The notes under the pieces: model-generated | Databases searched by the model: none | What the model was told of the DNA's origin: nothing | What the model saw: the letters and a program-made list of their open reading frames with translations, nothing else | Translations under genes and position numbers: made by a program | From: Eubacteriales bacterium | Lineage (GTDB): Bacteria > Bacillota > Clostridia > Oscillospirales > CAG-272 | Direction of reading: 5' to 3' | Length of the DNA stretch: 64,000 nt | NCBI GenBank assembly: GCA_045544955.1 | Contig: JAZPZY010000046.1 | Span: 128 to 64,127 of the forward strand | Shown: positions 10,058 to 20,675 of the stretch, one piece after another | Position numbering within the stretch: the first letter of the stretch is position 1 | Layout of the letters: every line of letters begins with the position of its first letter

Positions 10058-11284
10058 ATGACTATTTTTGACGAACTGAAAGCACGCGGTCTGATTGCGC
10101 AGATGACCAACGAAGACGAAATCAAGGAACTGATCAATAACGGAAAGGCCGTTTTCTATATCGGATTTGATCCTACGGCCGATTCTCTCCACGTTGGTCA
10201 CTTCATGGCACTTTGCCTTATGAAGAGACTGCAGATGGCCGGCAACCGTCCTATTGCCCTGATTGGCGGCGGCACTGCCATGATCGGGGATCCTTCCGGA
10301 CGTACGGATATGCGTTCCATGATGACTAGAGAAACGATTCAGCACAACTGCGACTGCTTCAAAAAGCAGATGGAGCGTTTCATTGAATTTGGCGAAGGCA
10401 AGGCACAGATGGTGAACAACGCTGACTGGCTGATGGATCTTAACTACATCGAGGTTCTTCGTGAAGTGGGTGCCTGCTTCTCCGTAAACAATATGCTTCG
10501 TGCGGAGTGCTATAAGCAGCGTATGGAGAAGGGTCTGTCCTTCCTTGAATTCAACTACATGATCATGCAGTCCTACGACTTCTATTACCTGTATAAGAAT
10601 TACGACTGCAACTTCCAGTTCGGCGGAAACGACCAGTGGTCCAATATGCTGGGCGGTACGGAGCTGATCCGCCGTAAACTGGGCAAAGACGCACACGCCA
10701 TGACCATCACGCTTCTTCTCAATTCGGAAGGCAAAAAGATGGGCAAGACGGCCTCCGGTGCCGTTTGGCTGAATCCTAATAAGACCTCTCCCTACGATTT
10801 CTATCAGTACTGGCGTAACGTAGGCGACGACGACGTGCTCAAGTGTATCCGCATGCTTACGTTCCTGCCCCTGGAACAGATTGACGCTATGGACTCCTGG
10901 GAAGGAAGCCAGCTGAACACGGCAAAGGAAATTCTTGCTTACGAGTTGACCAAACTGGTTCACGGGGAAGAGGAGGCGGAAAAGGCACAGAGTGCGGCAA
11001 AGGCTTTGTTTGTAAGCGGCGGTGCCTCCGCAGATATGCCTGCAACCGAACTCACCGCAGCCGACCTGAAGGAAGGCACTGTGCAGGTTGCCGATCTTCT
11101 GGTTATTGGTAAAATGGCACCTTCCAAGGGCGAGGCCAAACGGCTGATCCAGCAGGGCGGTATTCTTGTCGGTGACGATAAGGTAGAGCGTTTTGATGCG
11201 ACGCTTGCGGAAGAGCAGCTGAAGGGCGACGGCGTAATCGTGAAAAAAGGCAAGAAGACGTATCGCCGCTTCTTTATAAAGTAA
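10058..11284 (+). CDS. tyrS: Tyrosyl-tRNA synthetase
   Basis: GFDPTADSLHVGH (HIGH), GGNDQW, KMGKT, C-terminal S4 domain. Confidence 0.97.
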   Translation: MTIFDELKARGLIAQMTNEDEIKELINNGKAVFYIGFDPTADSLHVGHFMALCLMKRLQMAGNRPIALIGGGTAMIGDPSGRTDMRSMMTRETIQHNCDCFKKQMERFIEFGEGKAQMVNNADWLMDLNYIEVLREVGACFSVNNMLRAECYKQRMEKGLSFLEFNYMIMQSYDFYYLYKNYDCNFQFGGNDQWSNMLGGTELIRRKLGKDAHAMTITLLLNSEGKKMGKTASGAVWLNPNKTSPYDFYQYWRNVGDDDVLKCIRMLTFLPLEQIDAMDSWEGSQLNTAKEILAYELTKLVHGEEEAEKAQSAAKALFVSGGASADMPATELTAADLKEGTVQVADLLVIGKMAPSKGEAKRLIQQGGILVGDDKVERFDATLAEEQLKGDGVIVKKGKKTYRRFFIK

Positions 11285-11991
11285 TGGCAGTCTACAAATA
11301 CTTGCTTCTGGATGCCGATAATACACTGTTTGATTTTGACCGCGCGGAGGAAACGGCGTTTTATGCCGTTTTCTCCGCTTTGGGAATTCCGGTAACCCCG
11401 GCTGTTTACAAACGGTATCACGAAATCAACGACGATTTATGGCGGAAACTGGAGCGAAAAGAAGTAACGCGCGAACGGCTGAAGGATCTCCGGTATGAAC
11501 TTTTGCTTGATGAGATGGGTATTTCCAATACTGATTTAGCAAAAAAAATCAGTCGGTCGTATTTTTCTATGATCGGTCAGCAGCGGTTTCTTTTGCCGGG
11601 TGCTCTCGACGTTTGCCGAAACCTCAGCGAAGCCTATCCGATGTATATTATCACAAACGGAAGCTACAAGCCGCAGCGATCCCGTTTTATCGGATCTGGA
11701 CTTGAGCCGTACTTTCGGGACGTTTTTATTTCCGAAAAAATAGGTGCCGAAAAACCGTCGTCCGCTTTTTTTAACCACGTAATGCAGTCGGTCGGTGATG
11801 CGGATACGTCCCGGTATCTGGTTGTGGGGGATTCGCTTACTTCGGATATGGACGGAGCGATTCTGGCGGGAATGGATGCCGTCTGGCTGGACCGTAGCGG
11901 AAGTCGGAATACACGCGGACGGGATATTCCGTATATTATAGATGATATACGGGAGCTTCCTGCACTGTTGCTGCGTATAACCGAGAAATGA
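11284..11991 (+). CDS. YjjG-family HAD nucleotidase
   Basis: DADNTL motif I, ITNG, EKP, VGDSLTSD motif IV. Confidence 0.88.
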   Translation: MAVYKYLLLDADNTLFDFDRAEETAFYAVFSALGIPVTPAVYKRYHEINDDLWRKLERKEVTRERLKDLRYELLLDEMGISNTDLAKKISRSYFSMIGQQRFLLPGALDVCRNLSEAYPMYIITNGSYKPQRSRFIGSGLEPYFRDVFISEKIGAEKPSSAFFNHVMQSVGDADTSRYLVVGDSLTSDMDGAILAGMDAVWLDRSGSRNTRGRDIPYIIDDIRELPALLLRITEK

Positions 11992-12923
11992 GGTCAGTTG
12001 TTATGGAGAAAGAACGGACATTATTTTTGCGTAATTTGGAACAACGGGATGATGTGGTCGTCCGATGTAATGAGCCTATGGCACCGTATACTTCTTTTCG
12101 TATTGGCGGTGCTGCTGATTTTTATATTGAACCGAAATCCTGCGATGCTTTGCGTTTCGTTTTCTGCCTTGCACGGCAATTTGGCATAAAAACGCAGATG
12201 ATCGGCCGTGGAAGCAATCTGCTGATTTCCGATGCAGGTTTTCGCGGGGCAATGGTATCTTCCGCATCTCTGAAGGAACTTAGTCAAAACCGAAATGTGA
12301 TAACGGCCGGTGCCGGCGTATCGCTGACTGCCCTTGCGAAGTTTGCCTGTGATGCATCGCTTTCAGGTCTTGCTTTCGCGCACGGAATTCCCGGAAGCGT
12401 GGGCGGTGCTGTATTTATGAATGCCGGAGCGTACGGCGGGGAAATGGCCCAGGTCCTTTTGGAGAGTACGTACTATGACACCCAAAATGACACATTCGGG
12501 ACACTGACAGCAGAGGAGCATTCCTTCGCATACAGACACAGCATTTACAAAGAGCACCCGGAATGGGTGATTCTGGCTTCATCCTTCCGTCTGTCTGACG
12601 GTGACTCTGAAAAAATCCATTCCGAAATGGAAGAACTGATGCGGCGTCGAATAGAGAAGCAGCCACTGGAATATCCCAGTGCCGGCAGTACGTTCAAGCG
12701 CTATCCCGGCTATTTCACGGGGCAGTTGATCGAAGAGGCAGGCTTGAAGGGCCTTTCCGTCGGTGGAGCTAAAGTCTCCGAGAAACACGCTGGTTTTGTC
12801 ATTAACACCGGCGGAGCCAGTGCGGTCGATGTGCTCACACTGATTGGTTTGATTCAGGAAAAAATTTACCGTCTTCACGGAATTAATATAGAACCGGAGA
12901 TCATTTACATCCCGGAATCATGA
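11988..12923 (+). CDS. murB: UDP-N-acetylenolpyruvoylglucosamine reductase (start may be 12003)
   Basis: SFRIGGAAD, GRGSNLL, GIPGSVGGAVFMNAGAYG, PSAGSTFK, KHAGF. Confidence 0.96.
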   Translation: MRSVVMEKERTLFLRNLEQRDDVVVRCNEPMAPYTSFRIGGAADFYIEPKSCDALRFVFCLARQFGIKTQMIGRGSNLLISDAGFRGAMVSSASLKELSQNRNVITAGAGVSLTALAKFACDASLSGLAFAHGIPGSVGGAVFMNAGAYGGEMAQVLLESTYYDTQNDTFGTLTAEEHSFAYRHSIYKEHPEWVILASSFRLSDGDSEKIHSEMEELMRRRIEKQPLEYPSAGSTFKRYPGYFTGQLIEEAGLKGLSVGGAKVSEKHAGFVINTGGASAVDVLTLIGLIQEKIYRLHGINIEPEIIYIPES

Positions 12924-12927
12924 GAAA

Positions 12928-13674
12928 ATGACACAAGATACGATTCAAAAATCCTATGCGGATGCACTGCGTGATACGCTTGCGTCCCTTCCTGTAAAGA
13001 AGAAATGCTGTGCCTATTCCGTTAAAGATGCGGATGCCATTGCCGCATTGTCTTCTGTAATGCGGCCGGATGCAATCCGTTCTGCGGCAGAGCGGTGCAA
13101 ATGTCCTTCCTGTCTGCCGCATTTCATAGCACGCCTGTTTTTGCTGTTCGGTTCCGTCACTGATCCGTCCAAAAGAAATCATCTGGAGTTTTCCTTTGAA
13201 ACACGCGAAGAGTGCGAAGTCCTTGACAAAATCCTTACGGAGCAGGGAATAAGCGGCCGCTGCACACAGCGTAAAAAGCACTATATATACTATCTGAAAG
13301 ATGGCGAGGCTATCGCTGATTTCCTCGCCTATATCGGTGCCAATGCGGCGGCTTTTGATTTTATGAACACCCGGATCGAACGGGAGTTCCGCAATAACGT
13401 AAATCGCCAGGTGAACTGCGATACTGCAAACATCGACAAATCGCTTCGGGCGGCTGAAGAGCAAATAAGCGTGATTTCAGCACTGAAGGAATCCGGCAAA
13501 CTGCAGAGCCTTCCGCCCACTCTTTACCAGACGGCCGTGCTTCGTCTGCAATACAGCCAGATGTCCATGAAAGAATTGGGCAACGCACACGAGCCGCCGA
13601 TTACGAAATCCGGCGTCAGCCATCGCCTTGCCAAAATCATGGATCTCGCAATTTCCATGGGGATAAAACCGTAA
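12928..13674 (+). CDS. whiA: DNA-binding protein WhiA, short variant
   Basis: GSVTDP..HLEF, YYLKDGEAIADFL, NNVNRQVNCDTAN and C-terminal HTH (KSGVSHRL). Confidence 0.88.
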   Translation: MTQDTIQKSYADALRDTLASLPVKKKCCAYSVKDADAIAALSSVMRPDAIRSAAERCKCPSCLPHFIARLFLLFGSVTDPSKRNHLEFSFETREECEVLDKILTEQGISGRCTQRKKHYIYYLKDGEAIADFLAYIGANAAAFDFMNTRIEREFRNNVNRQVNCDTANIDKSLRAAEEQISVISALKESGKLQSLPPTLYQTAVLRLQYSQMSMKELGNAHEPPITKSGVSHRLAKIMDLAISMGIKP

Positions 13675-13706
13675 CCGAATAAATACCAGATTATAAGGAG
13701 ACCGCT

Positions 13707-16700
13707 ATGGGACAGTTTGTACATTTGCATCTGCACAGTGAATACAGCTTGCTGGACGGTGCCTGCCGCATCGCGGACATTCCGAAAATAGCAAAAGAGA
13801 TGGGGCACACCGCCGTTGCGTTGACCGATCACGGGGCTATGTACGGTGCGGTTGCTTTCTACCGTGCCTGTATAGAGGAAGGGATAAAGCCGATTATCGG
13901 CTGTGAGGTGTATGTGGCACGCCGCAGCCGCTTTGATAAAACCCATGATCTGGATTCCTCCAGTTATCATTTGGTCCTTTTGGCCGAGAATGAAACCGGC
14001 TATCGGAATCTGATCTCCATGGTCTCAAAGGCGTATACAGAGGGATTTTATTCCAAGCCCCGTATTGATATGGAGCTTCTCAAAGAGCATCACGAGGGAC
14101 TCATCGCGCTTTCTGCCTGTCTTGCCGGTTATATCCCCCGCTGTATCGTTTCCGGTGAATATGAGGAGGCGGAAAATTATGCCCGACTGATGCGTGACCT
14201 GTTCGGTAAAGATCGGTTTTATTTGGAAATACAGGATCACGGAATTGCCGAGCAGAAAACCGTAAACCGTGCGGTGCGGGAAATTTCCGAAAAATTGGGA
14301 ATCGGCCTTGTGGCCACCAATGACGTTCATTATCTGCGACGCGGAGACGCTGATACACAGGCAATTCTCATGTGCATCCAAACGAATAACGTCATCACAG
14401 ACGGGCGGCCGATCGGATTTGAAACGGACGAGTTTTACTATAAAAATACGTGGGAAATGGAAAAACTGTTTTCCGATTACCCGGGTGCTTTGGAAAATAC
14501 GGTGAAAATTGCGGATATGTGCAATTTTCACTTCACGTTCGGTCATACGGAGCTGCCCCGTTTCCGCCCGGAAAACGGTATGGAGCCCGGAAAATATCTG
14601 GCCGATCTTGCAGAACGGTCTTTTCACGAAAGAATCCGCACGGGACATATTCAGCTTGATGCTTCTTATCCGGAGGTCGCCTACCGCCAGCGGATGGCGT
14701 ACGAATTGTCCGTTATTGAAAAAATGGGGTACAGTGAATACTACCTCATCGTATGGGATTTTGTAAATCATGCAAAATCTGTAGGCATTCCGGTAGGTCC
14801 CGGCCGTGGTTCCGGTGCGGGAAGCATGATTGCCTATCTGATCGGCATTACGGACGTAGATCCGCTTCGCTTTGATCTGTTGTTTGAACGGTTTCTGAAT
14901 CCGGAACGCGTCAGCATGCCTGACTTTGATATTGATTTCTGCTACGATCGCCGGGATGAAGCGATCGCATATGTGCGTGACAAATACGGCGAGGATCATA
15001 CGGCACAGATTATTACCTTCGGTACGATGGCGGCACGTGCCGTTATCCGTGACGTAGGACGTGCTCTGGGGATGTCCTACGCTGACGTAGACGAAGTGGC
15101 AAAGCTGATTCCCCGTGCTCTCGGAATCACACTGAAGGATGCACTAGCTCTGGCCCCTCTGAAAACCATGTATGAGGAAAACGAGCAGGTGCGTCGGCTC
15201 GTGGATACGGCCATGGCACTGGAAGGTATGCCGAGACACGCCTCCACCCATGCGGCCGGTGTTGTGATTACGGAACGTCCCGTTTCCGATTACGTACCTC
15301 TTGCGGTGAATAACGGGATCGTGGTTACGCAGTTCGATATGAACACGGTGGCTGATCTGGGGCTTTTGAAATTCGATTTTCTCGCTCTTAGGTATCTGAC
15401 CATCATTGCACAGGCTGAATCCCAGATACGGGAACGAAATCCGGGTTTTGATATTTCAGCCATACCTACTGACGATAAACGTACCTTTGACCTAATCTCC
15501 GCCGGAAAAACGGACGGCGTTTTTCAGCTGGAATCCGGCGGAATGCGTCAGACGCTGATGCAGATGAAGCCACAGCGTATTGACGATATTATCGCTTCCA
15601 TTGCTCTGTACCGGCCCGGTCCCATGGACTCGATCCCGAAATATATTGAGAACAGCAGGGACCGGTCGAAGATTCGGTATGCAACGCCGCTTCTGGCACC
15701 GATTTTGGACGTGACCAACGGCTGTATCGTCTATCAGGAACAGGTTATGCAGATATTCCAGGTTGTAGCCGGCTATACGCTGGGACGTGCGGACGTGGTG
15801 CGTCGTGCCATATCCAAAAAGAAGCTGGATGTACTTGAAAACGAACGGGCAGCGTTCCTTGCCGGTGCGGAAAAGCACGGGGTGGATGAAAGTGCCGCAA
15901 GGGAACTGTTTGAAGAGATCGTCGGATTTGCCAACTATGCGTTTAACAAAAGCCATGCGGCGGCGTACGGTATTTTATCGTACCGGACGGCCTATCTGAA
16001 AGCCCACTATCCGCGTGAGTACGAAAGTGCTCTGCTTACTTCCGTGTTGGGTTCATCCGATAAAATGGCGGAATATATTGCGGAATGTACGAGGATCGGC
16101 ATCCGGATTCTGCCTCCGCACGTCAATGACAGTGCGTGGGATTTTCACGTAGACGGAAAAAACATCCGCTTCGGTCTGCTCGCCCTGAAGAACCTTGGCA
16201 GACAGTTCGTGGATTCCCTGATTGCCGAGAGATCACGCGGCGGCCGATTCTGCTCGTTTGACGATTTTATCAGCCGTATGAGTGATGTCTCTATGAACAA
16301 GCGTCAGTTGGAAATGCTGATAAAATCCGGTGCCCTGGACGGGCTGGGTGCTAAACGCAGTCAGATGCTGACGGTGTACGAGGCTGTGCTTGATGCCCGT
16401 TCATCAGCAGGCCGCTCCATGCTGGACGGACAGCTTGATCTGTTTTCGTCCGCATCGGTACAGCAGGCGTATACGCCGCCCGCCATTACGCTCCCCGATA
16501 TTCCGGAATATGGCGGCAGAGATCTTCTCCGCCTTGAAAAAGAAAGCTCCGGACTGTATTTTTCCGGCCATATCCTGGATGAATACGACAGGCATTTGAC
16601 CACCTTTACGCCTGATTCGATTTCCGCTATCAAGGCCTCCTTTCAGCCAATGGACGATATGGCGTATGATACTTCGCCCTCGGATGAACAGCAGGCGGAA

Positions 16701-17291
16701 TATTCGGACAAGCAGCGTGTAACCGTCGCAGGACTGATCACACGGCGGCAGAACAAGGCCACACGCAGCGGAGAGCAAATGGCGTTTCTGACCATTGAGG
16801 ACCGAACCGGTGAGATAGAGGTCATCGTTTTCCCAAAGGTACTGAACACGGCCGGTGCGTACCTTACGGTCAATTCTGCCGTGGCGGTATGGGGCAATCT
16901 TTCTCCTCGTGATGATGAGGAGCCAAAGGTGCTCTTGCAAAGTGCAGAATTGCTTATTGAAAACAGTGCGTACTCTCCCCCGGCTGCATCTCCATCGGAT
17001 ACAGGCAGAGCGAGTGATCTAACGCCTCCTTTGGCAAAATCGGATGAACCGACGGTGAAAAGAAACGCTTCCCCCTCCAAGTTGTTTTTGAAAGTTGACA
17101 GCATGGATAGCCTTCTTTGTCGCCGGGTGCAAAGTTTCCTTCATATTTTCACGGGATCGGTTCCAGTGGTATTTTACGATATGGCGAAAGGGAAATATCT
17201 GCAGGCGGAGCATTTCGGCACTACGCCTACGCCGTTCGTTTTGCAGGAGCTTGCCGAATTTCTCGGTGAGGATGCCGTGGTCCTTCGTTAA
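13707..17291 (+). CDS. dnaE: DNA polymerase III alpha subunit
   Basis: HLHLHSEYSLLDG PHP domain, GPGRGSGAGS, MPDFDIDF, YAFNKSHA, OB fold. Confidence 0.98.
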   Translation: MGQFVHLHLHSEYSLLDGACRIADIPKIAKEMGHTAVALTDHGAMYGAVAFYRACIEEGIKPIIGCEVYVARRSRFDKTHDLDSSSYHLVLLAENETGYRNLISMVSKAYTEGFYSKPRIDMELLKEHHEGLIALSACLAGYIPRCIVSGEYEEAENYARLMRDLFGKDRFYLEIQDHGIAEQKTVNRAVREISEKLGIGLVATNDVHYLRRGDADTQAILMCIQTNNVITDGRPIGFETDEFYYKNTWEMEKLFSDYPGALENTVKIADMCNFHFTFGHTELPRFRPENGMEPGKYLADLAERSFHERIRTGHIQLDASYPEVAYRQRMAYELSVIEKMGYSEYYLIVWDFVNHAKSVGIPVGPGRGSGAGSMIAYLIGITDVDPLRFDLLFERFLNPERVSMPDFDIDFCYDRRDEAIAYVRDKYGEDHTAQIITFGTMAARAVIRDVGRALGMSYADVDEVAKLIPRALGITLKDALALAPLKTMYEENEQVRRLVDTAMALEGMPRHASTHAAGVVITERPVSDYVPLAVNNGIVVTQFDMNTVADLGLLKFDFLALRYLTIIAQAESQIRERNPGFDISAIPTDDKRTFDLISAGKTDGVFQLESGGMRQTLMQMKPQRIDDIIASIALYRPGPMDSIPKYIENSRDRSKIRYATPLLAPILDVTNGCIVYQEQVMQIFQVVAGYTLGRADVVRRAISKKKLDVLENERAAFLAGAEKHGVDESAARELFEEIVGFANYAFNKSHAAAYGILSYRTAYLKAHYPREYESALLTSVLGSSDKMAEYIAECTRIGIRILPPHVNDSAWDFHVDGKNIRFGLLALKNLGRQFVDSLIAERSRGGRFCSFDDFISRMSDVSMNKRQLEMLIKSGALDGLGAKRSQMLTVYEAVLDARSSAGRSMLDGQLDLFSSASVQQAYTPPAITLPDIPEYGGRDLLRLEKESSGLYFSGHILDEYDRHLTTFTPDSISAIKASFQPMDDMAYDTSPSDEQQAEYSDKQRVTVAGLITRRQNKATRSGEQMAFLTIEDRTGEIEVIVFPKVLNTAGAYLTVNSAVAVWGNLSPRDDEEPKVLLQSAELLIENSAYSPPAASPSDTGRASDLTPPLAKSDEPTVKRNASPSKLFLKVDSMDSLLCRRVQSFLHIFTGSVPVVFYDMAKGKYLQAEHFGTTPTPFVLQELAEFLGEDAVVLR

Positions 17292-17295
17292 TTTT

Positions 17296-17670
17296 TCAGG
17301 CGGTAAAGTCCTGAATCAGCTTTTGAAGCGTATCTTCACCACAGACGGTAATACCCGTTTTTAATGAGATGCGGTCTGCTTTCGGAAGCGTGAATACGTA
17401 TACGTCCAGTACCTGCGCTGGTACGGCAGAATCTTCTTTGTATACGCCGATACGTCCCTCGTATTCTTTGAGAATAAATTTTGCTTGTTTCTCTCTGTTT
17501 CCGCTTTCCGATACCCGTATAAGTTTGCTCGCATATCCGTCTTTTGCTGCGGCATCGCACGTCGGCGGGGAAGCGGTGAACTGAAGCGGCAGACTGACGA
17601 AAGAAGCCAGCAGTGCAATACTGCCGGCCATAAGAAGATATTTTCTCGTGGAAATGAATTTTTTCTGCAT
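17296..17670 (-). CDS. BofC C-terminal-domain-like secreted protein
   Basis: Signal/TM segment, then ILKEYEGRIGVY....LPKADRISLKTGI....L..LIQDF pattern typical of clostridial BofC_C proteins; GGAG SD. Confidence 0.7.
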   Translation of the reverse strand: MQKKFISTRKYLLMAGSIALLASFVSLPLQFTASPPTCDAAAKDGYASKLIRVSESGNREKQAKFILKEYEGRIGVYKEDSAVPAQVLDVYVFTLPKADRISLKTGITVCGEDTLQKLIQDFTA

Positions 17671-17829
17671 ATTCCGACTCCTGTATTTTTTATTTTCCCT
17701 AATATTATAGGCTTATCTTCACACTCTATTCAAAATATTGCTGTATAATAGTGTTAAAACAACACAGCAGTTCTGCTTCTTTTTCTGCTTGGATTACAGC
17801 GGATTCTGAAAGGATTGGATATAAAATTC

Positions 17830-20553
17830 ATGACGAACAAAAACAATATGGGTAAGGCACCCGGTGGCATCGACTGGGGACGGGAGGTCCTGCGTGCTTT
17901 TGCACTGATTGGTAAGGTACTTCTGCGTCTTCTTTCATACGTATTGAACATCGTACTGACCGTTTTGCTGATCGGTCTTATCACCGGTATCATCGTATGC
18001 GGTGCCTTTGCCATCTATATCGAGAACTACGTGGATCCAACGCTGGATACCTCTCTTTTGATTGCTGCGGGAACGGATACCACGACGCGTATTTACTACA
18101 TGGATTATGAAACGGAAGAGGATCGCCAGAACCGCAACGGAACGGCTGTGGAGTTGGAAGACGAGCGGATCTATGCTTCCGAAAACAGTTTGTGGGGCTC
18201 GTATACGCAGTTCCCGAAATATCTGTATCAGTCGTTTATTGCCATTGAGGATCACCGGTTTTATAAGCATAACGGTGTGGACTGGATCGGTACAAGCAAG
18301 GCGGTTGTGAACTTCTTCCTCGGTTTTGAAGAAATACGAGGTGCCTCCACTATCACTCAGCAGCTTGTTAAGAACCTGACGCAGGAAGATGAAGTGCGAA
18401 TACAGCGCAAGGTGCAGGAAATTCTCCGTGCTCTTAATCTGGAAAAGGAGCGGAGCAAGGAAGAAATACTGGAGTTGTATCTGAATAAAATTTACCTTTC
18501 TAACAACTGTACTGGTGTCCGTGCGGCTGCGAACTATTTCTTTGGCAAAGAACTGGGGGATCTCACCCTTATAGAATGCGCCACGCTTGCTGCCATTGTG
18601 AAAAACCCCTCATATTATGACCCGGTCCGTTTCCCTGAGAATAACGCTGAACGCCGCTGGTGGGTGCTGGAGCGTATGTGGGAGGAAGGGTATATAACCC
18701 TTGCTGAAAAACAGAAAGCTCAAAATGAAGAGCCAGTTCTCGTTCTGAATAATGACAGCAAAGAAGATGATCCGGATACCGTCTTCTCATGGTACAAAGA
18801 ATCCCTCTTTATCGACGTACGCGACGCTTTGATGGAAAAATACGGATACGATCAGTACGCCGCCAGCCTTATGATCTGGTCGGGCGGATTGAAGATTTAT
18901 ACCGTTATGGATCCTGATGTACAGGCGGTTTTGGAAGAGGTATACGAAAATGATACGGAATATTTCCCCTATTCCAACGACGGTTTGCAGCCGGAATCGG
19001 CCATGGTTGTCGTGGATCCGTATACCGGTGACGTCCTCGGACTGGTGGGCGGCCGCGGTGAAAAGATGAACAACCGCATTCTGAACCGTGCCACAGAGGC
19101 CACCCGTTCTCCCGGTTCTTCTATTAAGCCGCTGGCTGTTTATGCACCGGCACTGGATGCCGGACTTATAACCTTTGGCTCCGTGCTGGATGACGTTCCC
19201 GTAACGTTTGGCGACTACGATGAAGACTGGGACGTTGTTGAGACGGCTGCAAATGGTACTACCATAAAAAAGACTGCACCTGTAGCATGGCCTTCCAATC
19301 TGCCGCACACGTACGCCGGACTGACAACGGTTAACCAGGCAATTATTACCTCAAAGAACACGATCGCAGTACGTGTTTTACAAGAATTGACGATTGATAA
19401 ATCTTTTGATTTTGTAAAAAATCAATTAGGAATCGGCAATTTCATCGAGTCGTATACAACTTCAAGCGGAACGGTACTCAGCGATAAGGGATTAGCGCCG
19501 CTGGCTCTTGGCCAGATGTGCTTCGGTCTTACCGTGGAAGAGATTACTGCAGCATACTCCATTTTCCAGAACAACGGCGTATACAACAAGCCCCGTACTT
19601 TCTTGTATGTGTATGACAGTGAAGATAATCTTATTTTGGAAAATGAATCCGAGTCGCGCATTGTCATCAGTGATCAGACTGCGTCCATCATGACGATCAT
19701 GATGGAAAACGTGATGAATCAGGGGACCGGCACTTCCGTAACCCTTCGGAAAACGGTAGACGTTGCCGGCAAGACTGGTACGGCCGGTAACGATTTTGAC
19801 CGCTGGTTCGTAGGTTATACGCCGTATTACGTGGGCGGCGTATGGTTCGGTTATGATATGAACCAGACGCTCAGCGATTTTGCACGAAATCCTTCCTGCC
19901 TCGTGTGGGATACCGTTATGACCAAACTGCATCAGAAGTATATTGACGATGCCCAGAATGGCGGCGCTCCGCTGAAGACGTTTACTCCTGCTGCCGGTGT
20001 GATAGAATGTGAATATTGTCTTGATTCCGGTATGAAGCCGGCGGCTGCCTGCAAACTGGATCCCCGCGGGCACAGAATTGCTGTTGGCTACTTCACCAAA
20101 GACAGTATGCCGGAGGAAGAGTGTGACGTACACACTCTTGTAAAATACGATACGGTTGTTGGTGGTGTCGTCCTCAATGTGGAAGACTATACCGGCGATA
20201 TAACCAACCTGAAAGACGTTGCCCTGATCCGCGTAGATAACCGCGCATTCCCCATAGAAATCACGGTTACAGATGCGCAGTATGTTTACCGCGATCTTCC
20301 TGATGACGTTTTGCCGGGCGGTGGTTGGGCAGAACCGTTTTTCCAGAACGTGCTCCCCAAGGGTGTATACGTGGGAGAAACGAACGTATGGAGTTTTTAC
20401 AACAAATTCTGTTACGATCACTTTGATTTCTATCGCTGGTTTGCAGAACATCCGGAGTGGAATGCCGGAAGCGAAGAAACGGATGAAGGTGAAGACGTCC
20501 CTGACGACGAATCACCGATCGATGAAGACACGATCTACAGTCATGAAGAATAG
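17830..20553 (+). CDS. Class A penicillin-binding protein (PBP1A family)
   Basis: TM anchor; transglycosylase EDHRFYKHNG and GASTITQQLVKN; transpeptidase SSIK, SKN, KTGT; Cys-containing and acidic C-terminal extension. Confidence 0.95.
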   Translation: MTNKNNMGKAPGGIDWGREVLRAFALIGKVLLRLLSYVLNIVLTVLLIGLITGIIVCGAFAIYIENYVDPTLDTSLLIAAGTDTTTRIYYMDYETEEDRQNRNGTAVELEDERIYASENSLWGSYTQFPKYLYQSFIAIEDHRFYKHNGVDWIGTSKAVVNFFLGFEEIRGASTITQQLVKNLTQEDEVRIQRKVQEILRALNLEKERSKEEILELYLNKIYLSNNCTGVRAAANYFFGKELGDLTLIECATLAAIVKNPSYYDPVRFPENNAERRWWVLERMWEEGYITLAEKQKAQNEEPVLVLNNDSKEDDPDTVFSWYKESLFIDVRDALMEKYGYDQYAASLMIWSGGLKIYTVMDPDVQAVLEEVYENDTEYFPYSNDGLQPESAMVVVDPYTGDVLGLVGGRGEKMNNRILNRATEATRSPGSSIKPLAVYAPALDAGLITFGSVLDDVPVTFGDYDEDWDVVETAANGTTIKKTAPVAWPSNLPHTYAGLTTVNQAIITSKNTIAVRVLQELTIDKSFDFVKNQLGIGNFIESYTTSSGTVLSDKGLAPLALGQMCFGLTVEEITAAYSIFQNNGVYNKPRTFLYVYDSEDNLILENESESRIVISDQTASIMTIMMENVMNQGTGTSVTLRKTVDVAGKTGTAGNDFDRWFVGYTPYYVGGVWFGYDMNQTLSDFARNPSCLVWDTVMTKLHQKYIDDAQNGGAPLKTFTPAAGVIECEYCLDSGMKPAAACKLDPRGHRIAVGYFTKDSMPEEECDVHTLVKYDTVVGGVVLNVEDYTGDITNLKDVALIRVDNRAFPIEITVTDAQYVYRDLPDDVLPGGGWAEPFFQNVLPKGVYVGETNVWSFYNKFCYDHFDFYRWFAEHPEWNAGSEETDEGEDVPDDESPIDEDTIYSHEE

Positions 20554-20608
20554 CGCTCGTTCTGTTTGACAAACTTATAAATATTTGCAAAAATTATCCC
20601 GCACAGAC

Positions 20609-20637
20609 TTGACAATTTTGTGATTTTGTTGTATACT
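20609..20637 (+). promoter_or_regulatory. SigmaA promoter
   Basis: TTGACA-17 bp-TATACT. Confidence 0.75.
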
Positions 20638-20675
20638 TTACTAAACCGATTGGTTAAATTTTGGAGGTATCTATT

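Noticed and set aside
9596-11326. 576-aa antisense ORF over recN/tyrS
   Set aside because: Same codon-bias shadow effect; no recognisable motifs.
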